Part shown: piece by piece, positions 12,701 to 23,316 of the stretch
Position numbering within the stretch: the first letter of the stretch is position 1
How the letters are laid out: each line of letters begins with the position of its first letter
Assembly: GCA_001949185.1 (NCBI GenBank)
Contig: BDGG01000005.1
Span: forward strand, 2,283,249 to 2,347,248
Length of the DNA: 64,000 bases
Direction of reading: 5' to 3'
Source: Ramazzottius varieornatus
Lineage: Eukaryota; Animalia; Tardigrada
The notes under the pieces: generated by a model
What the model was told of the DNA's origin: nothing
What the model saw: the letters and a program-made list of their open reading frames with translations, nothing else
Databases searched by the model: none
Position numbers and translations under genes: made by a program

Positions 12701-15700
12701 ACCGGATTCTTAATCTCTGCAATGGCCGCTTTGACGGAAATGTCATCGGTGGGATTCAGTGCTTCAATATCCTCTTCGGAAAAATCGGCATTTTTCTTCA
12801 GGATGCTTTTCAGTCTTTTCTTAACGCTGGCAATATAACTCAATTGTACCAAAATCAAAAGGAAACGAGTTTTCGATCAACAGTAAAGGGAACTGAGAAA
12901 TGCTCTTACATGTTTCCACTTTCCCTGGCGTCCAGGTCATTATCCAGCAGACCATTTGTGTCCGCGCTCTTGACCATCTGAACCAGGATGGGCGTCAGCT
13001 CACCTTCTAGTGCCAGTAAACCCTGCAAAGAGGAAGAAAGAGTTCTTTAATGAGTTTGATGGAAAATCATCTGACTACAGTACCTTGGCGAATGCAGCTG
13101 CGGTGGTCTGGACTCTTCCTTCATCGGACGCGTAGATCTTCAAGTCATGTCGAAGAGTGCTATGAAGTCGCAGCAGCCCATGTCCTTGCTTGTCAGAGGA
13201 TTCGCCAGACCCGGGATACATGCACCGGAACATCTGGCCTAGTTGCTCGGACTGATACTTGCCCAACGGTGTCAATTCTCCTCCCCACTTCATGATGAGA
13301 ACCAAAGCTCCCTTTGGATTTTCATCCGCATTTTGGTTCTTATCACCTACCAAAGACACCCACAACACATGCAAGATATCTAATACAGGGATGCTAATAG
13401 TCGAAACAGTCAAAATGGGCCATGGACGAGACAAGGATGACAGATCGGCCACCGTCACACAACCTGTATTATATGGGTGGCCGACTCATCCACCTTGCCC
13501 CCTACGCGACTAGTCCACTCATCATACCTTGAGTTGCTTCTCCGTCAGCCTTCTCGGCAGGATGGTACTTCATCTGAATCTTCCTATTGATGCCACTAAA
13601 ATGTCCGTACATTTCCAGAACGGATTTCAACTGTTCAAGCTTCAGACGCTTGTCTTTGATTTCTGGTTCGTCCAAATGGCTGGCCAGCATATCTCGTGTA
13701 ACGTCCAGAATCTCCTGCAGCTGCTTCGGCTTCTTCAGCTTGATTTCGCGGCCTTCCGCGTCTAACCTGCCACCGTACGAGGTGTAGATGGCAAAGAAGG
13801 CTGGATGGGACACTTCCATTTTCATCTTCTGCTTCGGCGTCCGGTCTCCATGCCGCATGACAGCCACGACACATCTCAACTCCATCATCTTGCCCTGAAT
13901 CACGTTAGAGCCATGTTAGACCAGATTAGTATCAAGCGTATTACTGTTCGGCCATAGCGTGCATATCGGTCACCCTACCAAATTTGATACAGAACACAGG
14001 CAACATTTAACGGCTACAGTAACCGACTCGTCCATCTTGCTACAGCCTCAGCATGTGCAAAATTGTGCGAAAAAATGCTATTTCTTACTTGTGTGGTGGT
14101 GACGATTGGTGGATCTTCTAGTTGATACGGTCTAGCCCATGGAATATGGAGTTCCGGTGCCAGTTTCCGAAGAGCATGGTTGGCGATGATTTTCGCACAG
14201 TCGTTATAGTAGATCATGGAGTTCTTGACGAAGCTAAATCCATTCACATCACAGACGTAGGAACGGCCGTTGGCCCGCAGCAGGTCGAAACCACATACCA
14301 TTTGCTGAAACGAAGCAAAGTTAAGAAACTGCTCAAAGTCCAAACGAAAGTTATCAGTGTTACCTTGAAGGTATCGCAGATCCGCCGTGCGATCAGCTTT
14401 TCAATATTATTTAGGATGACAGGAAATCGGATTTCTTTTCCATCGATGTCTCTCTCCACCCGTCCATCTAGCGCAGGGGACTTTCGAGCTTCAGCATGCG
14501 CGTATTCTGGTCCCACTGTGTAGACTTTGACGTCGGTCCCGTCTGTCGGCATGAACTCTTCGTAGATGAACGAGCCAGTCCTGCGCACCTTACTTTCCTT
14601 CGAGTACATGCTGCTCCGATTTTGTATCTTTAAACAAGAAGATATCCGATTTCCAGAAGAGATAATCTAGAGTAGTTTTGCGTGAAGGTTAGTCATACCT
14701 TTCGGAACAACCGCTGACTTCCGCCTCCCGCAGACATTGGGTAGTAAATGTAGATATTGTGGTCGTCAGCACACACTGGCTTCTCCACGAAAGGCTTGTT
14801 AAAGACTGCAACAACCATATGGAATGACTGAGATGTTGAATCGTTTACGAACCGGAAGGTGCTAGCATGAAAACGAACCTGTCCCGTTGACAATGATGAA
14901 GTCCTCAGCTTCTTCCAGCTGGGCGTCTTCTTCTTTGCCACTATCTCGGTCCAACACAGCATACCTTGGGAGTTCGATATCTATGGACTTGAGCAACTCA
15001 TACACTTTCCTCCTACAATTAGAAAAACCGAATGAGAAGTTTAAGAAGAATGTTTGTGGGTACGACCGGTAATTGACACACCTGTCTTTGATGACGTATT
15101 GCATCTCCAGATCGTTGATCAACAAAGGTTTCCTAAACCGCCAGTACTGTATAGCTTTTTGTAGAGGAAACCTATCTGACGTGAAGGATATCAGAGCGTC
15201 CACAATCGGCCACTTTTCCACAGGATCGTTAAGAATCTGCTGCTCGTCAAAGACGACCGTCTTTATTTGCTCAAACTCTTGCGTTATGCGTGTCAGTATC
15301 TCAACCATGTACTTCGACTTGGCTTTCTTGGCCATGGCACAGACTCCCAGAAAAACGAAGGGCTCATGTTCAGGCACAGAAGTTGAAGGCGACGGTAACT
15401 AAAAAAAATAATCCCGAATTTCATTTTCGCCGGATGGGTGTACGTGCGTTCAGCTCGGCAAACTAGTTCGACCAGATCGGTTCCCAAGTGGCGCACGTTA
15501 TCATTGTTACTCGTTGGACGAGTGCGCCAATTCGAAAACGATCTGGGCTTCCACATTTTGATCTTAAACCAACTGCACGCGCCTGACCTAAAAATTGACA
15601 TGGACAAATCTGTCGGCAACGGAGCGAAGGCCAGCTGAAGTTGACCAATCAAATGAATCAGCCAAGTGGCGGCGCCTTCGCTCCGCTGCCAACAGTTCTG

Positions 15701-16543
15701 TCCATGTTAACAGTTAGGCGACAGCCTGTTCTCTAACTGAATTTTCCACAGTGTGACTAATTTTTCTTACGGCGTCATTTTTCTCCCTGGAGATTTTTCT
15801 CGTCAAGGAGCCTCTTCTTGACTCGGCAGGTGAACTCAGCGACATCGACGTCAGCAGCGGCGGTCGAAAAGGTGTGACTGGACTTTCTCCAGTGGGAGAT
15901 ACCATCTTTTCATCCGGGAGAAGAACGACTAACGGTGATCTTGCTCTGCTCGTCTCGGGACTTCCGGTGACACTGGAACTGGCACTGGAGCGCGAGGGCA
16001 TAATCAGCGCGCCTCCTTCCCTGACAGTATCTTCTGTGATCTTGGACACGACAAATCGGTTAGACTTTTTCGTGGTAGGAAGAGTTTGGTGTTGTTGAGG
16101 GGTTAAGGATCGTGGTGGTAGAGTTTCTTCTTGTGGGGATGACAGAGCAGGTTTCGTCGTCGTCGTCGTAGTGGAGGAGCTGTCCGTCGTCGAGGGGTAG
16201 AATGTGTTCACAGGTACGGTCATGGACCTACGTCTGTCACGGACACTTTTGGAAGACTCGGAAGGGGAGGTAGGAGAGGTAGGAGAAGCAGAAGGAGCGG
16301 GATCGGGAGCAAGGGAGGGGGAAGGAAGCACGCTAGCGGATTCGGGTGATGAGCCCAGGTTGCCTTTCTCCACGGGCGTCACACTGCGGTGAAGACTTTT
16401 CACGGAACCGTTATGCACGCATTTCTCTATTGCCACCTTGAGATCCTCTGTAACGGATTACAGTCTGTCAGGCGCAGCGTATGAACAAACGTATCACGCA
16501 CAATGCACTTACCAGTGGTTGACTTGCGAAACAAACTGGACAT
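9763..16543 (-). CDS. PPIP5K: Inositol hexakisphosphate/diphosphoinositol-pentakisphosphate kinase PPIP5K/Vip1, multi-exon
   Basis: Kinase motifs [71 protein letters not shown]; histidine-phosphatase motifs [48 protein letters not shown]; ATG 16543 splices in frame via the 16447-15738 S/P-rich exon. Confidence 0.95.
10369..10565. repeat. Palindromic element, double-core (PPIP5K intron)
   Basis: Cores at 10407 and 10481 (74 bp apart) within A-type arms. Confidence 0.85.
11236..11356. repeat. Palindromic element copy, subtype B (PPIP5K intron)
   Basis: GGCAAGTGACTTCACCCAGATCG..CGATCTGGGTGAACTGATTTGCCG. Confidence 0.85.
15452..15549. repeat. Palindromic element copy (PPIP5K intron)
   Basis: AGCTCGGCAAAC..CCAGATCG..AAGTGGCGCAC-N25-GTGCGCCAATT..CGATCTGG. 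Confidence 0.85.
15595..15710. repeat. ~116 bp inverted-repeat (MITE-like hairpin) of a second family, in a PPIP5K intron
   Basis: TTGACATGGACAAATCTGTCGGCAACGGAGCGAAGGC pairs with GCCTTCGCTCCGCTGCCAACAGTTCTGTCCATGTTAA (~37 bp arms, few mismatches). Confidence 0.8.
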
Positions 16544-17377
16544 TTAGCGCTTGTTCTGACGCTCCTGAATATGTCTCGTCTCGAATATGAAAGAATGAAG
16601 CACTTGATTCTGCAGAGTCAGGATACAAGGATATACGTACAGTATTCCTTTTAGTCCCAAGATAATTGGCAAGATTTCAGGAGAACCGGGAACTAAGAAA
16701 AAATAAAAGTACAGTATAAATCTGGATTAGTGGATTTTCTCAATGTAGCAAGATACCATCGAGATTGCGATTATGTGTCCTCAAAGATCCACTCCATAAC
16801 GAACAAATGAGGCAATCAATCGGCAATGTTTGCGATAATCGGCGCCATTGCTCAGTGGTCGAACGGAAACGGAACAGCGAGTGGTCCGAGTGGAAGATGT
16901 AGACGCCTTATTCCTGTGTCATTATGCGAATGCCTCTGAATCTAGTGAACAATTAGCACTGCAATGATCATACCTCAAACCTTGAAGGCAGGACAATTTG
17001 GAAGCGCTGGAGAGGAGACGCCGGATACGAGAAGATTAGTTTTTTCAGTCAATGAATGCAATACGTAAGACCATCCGGATCAGCGTTGTTGTTAGATAAG
17101 TAATTTACTCGCGTCATGAAGCAAGGTTTATGTCGTTACCTAAAACCGGTTGTGCCAAAACTACCTCTGAGCGAGAATCTAAAATCGTGGGTCGCGACCT
17201 GAACGGGAACAAGCACAAGCACCAGAGTTTGCAACGCAAAATCTGTTGTTCCGAGTATAATATGACACATGTGCCACAGACAGCCAGTCTGCCACTGCAG
17301 CTGTCATACAATATGACTGCGATTTTCAAATTTTATTTCTCGCTCCTAGTTATACCATTCGTTTTCCCCATTGCAAT

Positions 17378-18934
17378 ATGGATCCCAGATCGACTCTGAC
17401 TGCTTTGCTGTTAATCTATCGGCTTCGTCTACTTAACTTGCAACGGCGGAAGGTGGAATTGAAGCGACTACAGGCATCGTCCACCACGTCAGCGGAAGGC
17501 ACGAAGATGGTATGTCCGACCCAGCAACCTGAACAGAGGAGAAACGGGAGAGTACATCAGAAGAGCAAAGACTTTTGAAACTGACCCAGAGTACTACAAG
17601 TAGTACTTCCGGATGACCGAACCACAGTTCAAACTGCTCTTGAAGCTGGTAACTCCATTGATACTGCATGATCCAACCCACATACAGCCTATCACTGCGG
17701 AAGAACGGCTTGTTTTGACTTTGAGGTACCGTAATCATAAATATGAATATGGATACTTCATCAGAACAGCCATAAATGTGTCAATAAAACAGTGCTTCCC
17801 AGGATTCTCGCTACCGGTATCTCGCAGACTGCTGCTGCGCATTCATTCGCCATCTGCCAGACAACCGTCGGGAACATCTTCAAAGAAACTACCAAAGCAG
17901 TTTACACGGACTTGAAGGATGCGTATATCGGGGAACCCAGCAAAGACAGATGGCAGCAGAATGCTGAAAGCTTTGAGGCCATGTGGAACTTTCCCAATTG
18001 TATAGGTGCAATCAACGGAAAGCATGTCCAGATCAAAGTGCAAATTATCTACGTACGTTATAAATATTCGTCCTCCTTTACTAGACAACACGCACACTAA
18101 TCTGCTGTTTGTCTTTTGTAGAAGCCGAAGAATGGAGGTAGCAAGTGGATTAACTATAAAAGGACACATTCAGTTGTTCTCATGGCTGTGGCGCGCGCAG
18201 ATTATACATTCGAGTACGTCGACGTGGGAGGTTTCGGTCGGCAAAGCGATGGTGGTACTTCGCAAAACTGTACTTTGGGTCGCGGTTTCAGTGATGGAGA
18301 GTTGGTTCTGCCGACCGCAAGAAAGCCACCGCTGTGTGCCAAGAAGGTGCCGTACGTATTTGTGGCAGACGCTGCATTCCCAATGTCAGAAAACTTACTG
18401 CGACCATATCCCGGATACGCATCGTCTAGCCTTGCCAAACAAGAACATATATTCAACTACAGGTTCGACACTGTTCATTTCTTACAGGTCCATAACCCGA
18501 ATATTCCGTGCGAATGATTATGATCACTGTATTACTGCAGGTTGTCCCGAGCTCGTCGAGTTGTCGAGAATGCCCTCGGTATACCAGCAGCCAAGTGGGA
18601 AATATTTCGGGAACCCATCGCACTTGAACCACAACAAGTGATTTACCTGGCGCTCGCCTGCTGTGCACTGCAGAATTACCTGATAACGGAAAATGCCAAG
18701 GCAGGTGACAACTACATCTCCCCCACGCTGGTCGATAGCGAAACTCTTGATGGCACTTTTGTACCTGGTTCTTGGCGGAAAACTATGCCCGCAAGTATGA
18801 TAGCTCTTCGTGTTTCCGGAAATAGAGCAGGACGTGCTGCTATTAAGACGCGAGAAGACTTTTCTGAACATTTTGGTACGCATGGCAGTGTTCCGTGGCA
18901 AGACAACATGGTCTTTGGTTTGCTAAACAAGTGA
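17378..18934 (+). pseudogene. Harbinger (HARBI1/DDE_Tnp_4-like) transposase, intron-containing, disrupted
   Basis: YFRM..F..LL, EERLVLTLR|FLATG, WNFPNCIGAINGKHV, NYKRTHSVVLMAV..YVDVG..GRQSDGG, FVADAAF, FNYR|LSRARRVVENALG; in-frame TAG at 17601-17603, frameshift near 17470, first catalytic Asp reads Asn (GAINGKH). Confidence 0.9.
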
Positions 18935-18955
18935 CTTTACCAGGACTCTAATAAA

Positions 18956-20283
18956 CTAAAACACCATGAAAATTAACTGCACAGAACTGAAATCTTGGTT
19001 GGAAAGGGTCTCACTGGGACGGTGCTCCGTTGAGCTTCCGGGGTACTGCGCGACAATGACGGGAAAGCCAAAGCCAGTTGCCTGTTCGTACAGAAACAAA
19101 GCTATGGCTTGTTGGATTTTCTGCCGAAGAATTTTACGATCGTCCTCGCTTTGGCTCAGCAACGTGGCAGTGACATACGAACCTGCAACAAGCCATTTAG
19201 TACTGTAAGCAATAGCGGTTACTTATAGTTTTTTAATAGAGCCTACCATATTGTGCTTGGCGGGAATCCGCCTTTGCTCCTATAATACCTAGAGCTTTCG
19301 TCAGTTCATCGGCTTGGCTGGCTAGCTTGTGCTCTTCGACCTCGCATTCATCCAGTTGTCGAGAACTTTGGCTTTCTTTGCTGCGTTTCTTTGACTTACT
19401 GCCGCTGGACAACGTGGAAGCCACAATGAAATTGACGTCGGTCACTTGACCCACTTTAAATGGTTTCTGCCAGAGAGCCTTCTCAAAAACCATAATTGGT
19501 CGCTCACCTGTCCGCGAAAGAATCGACGGTGGATCCGGAATGTCGGGCAATTCATCGTCAGGAAGGCTTCCGTCATACTCTTCGTCGTTGTTTCCGGCGA
19601 TGCCTTGTTCATCATCAGTTGTGGCGTCCACCAAAGAAAATTCTTCACCAGCCCGAATAGCTGCCTTAGCTTTATCGAGAGTCGATACAGATCTGCAAAA
19701 TACCCTTCATGATTACAAAACTTAGATATAGAAAATTATACGGTCGAAGAGTGGACGTACTCGTTCGGAGTAATATAGTCCTTGACGAACAGCATGCTCT
19801 CCCAGTGCGGCCAGCTTTCAATGACCGCATGTCTTCCAGCACCGCTGGCAGGATGCTCCTTCAGCTTCTTTCCAAAGTTCCGACGAAGATTGGTCCATAA
19901 TCTCTTGACGGCATCGCCTGCGGAAAACGACATGTTCAGCTAGGGTTCAGCTAAATTAAAGAATTAATAATGTTCATCGACTTTCACTGACCTGTCTTGT
20001 CCAGTCTCAAATCCTTAGCCATATCTTCCCAGATATCCAGTCGTTTGTCTTTACCTTTGTAGTAATCAACATGTCCAGTATCATAGATCACACTGTTCTT
20101 CTGTACAAGAGTGATCACGTTGGCGATGTCCTTGTCGCTCCATTCTTCTCTCGTCGCTGCTTTGCGTCGCGTCTTCCTGGGTGGCACATCAGCTGGTGTC
20201 GTCTTCTTTGCTGGTTTGGCTGTCCTAGGAGCTGCTCGTTTACCGCCAGCTGCCGTCGGTGGCTTCGATCCTTAACTGCTCAT
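18956..20283 (-). pseudogene. Harbinger accessory MADF/Myb-SANT DNA-binding protein, spliced, premature stop
   Basis: EWSDKDIANVITLVQKNSVIYD..DYYK..RLDIWEDMA|DAVKRLWTNLRRNF..WPHWESMLFV is a tri-Trp MADF pattern; ATG 20283 is followed by TAA at codon 4 (20272-20274), after which the frame stays open. Confidence 0.85.
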
Positions 20284-20702
20284 GGTTGCGTAAAGAGGAG
20301 TTAGAAGCATCAACAGAGAGGCAAGATCGCCGCTACCGTAGACAACAGGATCGAAAACTTCCAAATAAAAATGGGAGAATTCATCACAGTTTTCGATATT
20401 TGGAGCCTGTCTCATCGGTCAATCAATACGGACCAAATCAACGCCAGCGACAATGACGTGACCTCTGAGCTAAATCTTGCAAGCTCAAAGCTTTCTAATC
20501 GTGTTCCACGCTTGTTCCGGTCAAAAAATCGCTTGTGCCAGAGCTCGCTCAAAGCTCGCTCAAAGGGGTAATATACTTTTTCGATGGAACAAGGCTAGGT
20601 AGCGACCCAAGTATAATTAGCCTTTGAGCCGGTTTTGGAACAAGGCTCGCTCAAAGCCTCCTGACGCGAGTAAATTACTGCCCTTACAGATTCAGGAGAA
20701 CG

Positions 20703-21535
20703 ATGCTTTTGTGTCACGACCTGACATCGGTCATCGGAAATGTGGTGCTGGGGCAGCTTCCACGCGAGGTTTGGCGAAAGATATCCACCTACGTGGAGGA
20801 CGACGATGCTAGCCTGTTTTCTCTGCTGGAGCTCCCGAACGATTTCGGCTTTTCATACGCCGCGAGATACCGGAAAGAGTCGACAAGCCGTCTTACTGGA
20901 TAGACGCGCTTGTGCAGCGCGGTGTCTGCATCGGCACTTTCGGGAGAGTATCGTTGGATGAAGAGGCCCTATCTGTTGCCTGGTTTGGTCGTTACCGGGA
21001 ACATGTCAGTACTCAACAGTATGGCTTGTTTCCGTTGCTTCTGGCGCTTGTCGAAAACTGCCAGTGGGCTGACCTTGACTTTACCGGTGATCCATCGAAG
21101 ATGCATCAGAAAAGCCAGAAAGGTGCATGCTCAAGAGACATTGGCATTTGTGTTATTTGCTCACAGGTAATTCCTATCAATCATACAACCCTTGTTTCGA
21201 TATAACAAAGAGAGCTTTGTAATTGGAATATGACGAAGTCTGTCACTGAACAGACCAACGTCTCCAGTCTTGAAGTCACTATCCTTGGGCCGCCAAACAC
21301 ATCCTACAACGGAGGCCGCTTACGGTTGCACATCTCATTTCCGGCTGTATATCCAGCCGAAGCTCCGCAGACCAAGATGTTGACCAAGATCGTCAGTCCC
21401 TTCTTCACCGACCACGGAGACTTTTACTACAAGTTCAGCGAACTTTATGGTGGAGAAGTCGGCGGCTATTGCGGAGCTCTTTCCTGCTGATTGCTTGAAC
21501 TGCGCCGAAGATAGTCTCAGCGAGACTATAGGAGA
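20703..21535 (+). pseudogene. Fragmented F-box-like plus ubiquitin-conjugating (UEV-like, no catalytic Cys) coding remnant
   Basis: LGQLPREVWRKISTYV resembles the F-box LP-E motif; LEVTILGPPNTSYNGGRLRLHISFPAVYPAEAPQTKMLTKIVSPFFTDHGDFY matches the UBC fold but has no HPN or active-site Cys; stops and frame changes separate the fragments. Confidence 0.6.
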
Positions 21536-21550
21536 GCTTTAACTTCACTA

Positions 21551-22662
21551 CAGAGATTGCGAGGACAGGTCAGGTCTTATAAAAAGCCACTCTCATCTTT
21601 CGGTCTCATGCTTCGCCGGGTCGTGCGCCGGCTCGAAACCGCTGAATCACTGCTATTGGCCGACTGGAAATCCGAGACTTGGATTCTGATACCGTGCCCG
21701 ACTGGTCTCATGGAAAACCGAAATCGATAAGATCGATTTCTGAGACCATCCCGCAAACTATCCCCTCTAACTTTTGCGTATCTCTGCGTGTGCGATAGCC
21801 TGACGGCTGCCCCTTTCGTTATTTTGGACCGCAGTATGCGGTGCCCAGCTTTTACATGGGATTACGACATGTAACTTACACGCATCTAACCCTACTTCAG
21901 TGGCGCAATTCAAGTTACATGATGCCCGAGGAATCATGACTCAAGCTCGGAGATCTGCTATTATCTGTTAACTTAGCAGAAGGTTACTTCCAGATCACCA
22001 GAAACTAGGAGCCTGGCTAGACGGCTGACATTCGACGGACGAAAGCGATATGACTCTCGGACTGTCATGCAACCTCGGCGCAATGAGCACTAAGCAATAA
22101 TGCATTGGGATTCCATGTCATCCACGATGGCCGCTGTCTACCTGAAGCAGCCAAGCAGTCTGCGCTGATTCCGCCGCGGACATCTTCGTTGGTTTGTTTA
22201 GTCGGCTAGCCAGGCTCAAAACAGTGGAAAGCTCTGCTCAAGTTGCTGAGGTAGGAAAATTTGAACAAGAAAACAGACGTCCCTGGCGTTAGCAGATATT
22301 TCCTTGATGTGCCTCCTTTGGCTTTCACCCTCCCATGCGTGTTGTCGTCCCCTTTGTTGTGTCATGGGAAATGTAAAAGCTGGAGAGTCCAAGATAGTCA
22401 AGGTACCGCTTAGTAATTACAGAATCCAGATACACTAATTCCAGTTTTTGTTCGCGATCGGCACAGCAAGCATTGCGATATGAGAGTGCCACAACGTGAG
22501 ACCGCGAGACGAAATTTTTCGCATGCACAGTTACCGACGGCACATTCAACTCTTATAATGCTTGATTGGGGAGGAGTTGATTCGTCCAAATCTGAGACTG
22601 ACATCTGAGACTCACAAATGTGAGGGCAGTTTATGAGACCAGACCTGTCCTCGCAAACTCTA
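21551..22662. mobile_element. ~1.1 kb non-autonomous TIR DNA element (hAT-like termini)
   Basis: Left end CAGAGATTGCGAGGACAGGTCAGGTCTTATAAA..GGTCTCA matches the reverse complement of right end TGAGAC..TTTATGAGACCAGACCTGTCCTCGCAAACTCTA (~55 bp imperfect TIR); repeated GGTCTCA/TGAGAC subterminal motifs; no recognisable ORF and no clear TSD. Confidence 0.75.
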
Positions 22663-23316
22663 CTCTCGTCGTGGGGCCCTTCGGTTGTTCACCCCAGCTG
22701 GTGACTGCAGACGGTTACGCATACACCACGTGACGTAACGTCACTGTACATGATATATTGTGTTAAATTACACGACACATGACATGACATGTGACATAAC
22801 CAGAAAAAATTGCAAAAGAATCTGGAGAAGGTTTCCGGCCCTTCCAAAGTGCTCCGCAATGCCTGATGAGGAACGTCTAGGCTCTCCGGAGGATTTCCAT
22901 CTTACTGGCATGTCCACTATGACATCGGCTACATCGTCAGTATTGTCGGACGGTGTTTGTGTATCTCGATTCCCAAATACAGATACTCCCTTGCAGGCCG
23001 TTGTTGTGAACACAAAAGCTCTTCAGCTGTGTGGATACAACCCAGCCGTTTTGATAAGTTGGCCCGAAAGTGCACTTGGACCATGCCATGATGGGCTGGA
23101 ACGTCTCGACTGAAACCTTTGTTGCGGAAAACAAATGTGTCACCGTTAATAGAACAACGATATTTAACTTGATATGTTTCCAAAACTACTGGAGACTTTC
23201 GAAACTTCTGAGTTTGTTGGTCTTTATTGTAAACCACCGGATTTTGTTTTTTTTCTCCTCCGTAACTGAGTTCTTACTGGACCGCACCTTGACAGTGCAG
23301 TGAAAAATATACCGCT

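Larger units (their letters stand above)
17095..20683. mobile_element. PIF/Harbinger DNA transposon, full length but disabled
   Basis: TIRs GATAAGTAATTTACTCGCGTCA (17095-17116) and TGACGCGAGTAAATTACTGCCC (20662-20683), 19/22 match; TTA direct repeats at 17092-17094 and 20684-20686; encodes a DDE transposase and a MADF/Myb-like protein in convergent orientation; subterminal GCTCGCTCAAAG repeats. Confidence 0.92.

Noticed and set aside
17095-20683. Harbinger as the autonomous partner of the palindromic element, or as a domesticated HARBI1/NAIF1 pair
   Set aside because: Its TIR (GGGCAGTAATTTACTCGCG) does not match the element's arms beyond GGG. Both genes carry disabling mutations and retain TIRs and TSD, which argues against domestication.
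22725-22800. Degenerate pentamer repeats (ACATG/ACGTG-like; also ~335-405 and 33715-33740)
   Set aside because: These are short decayed microsatellites with no further structure.
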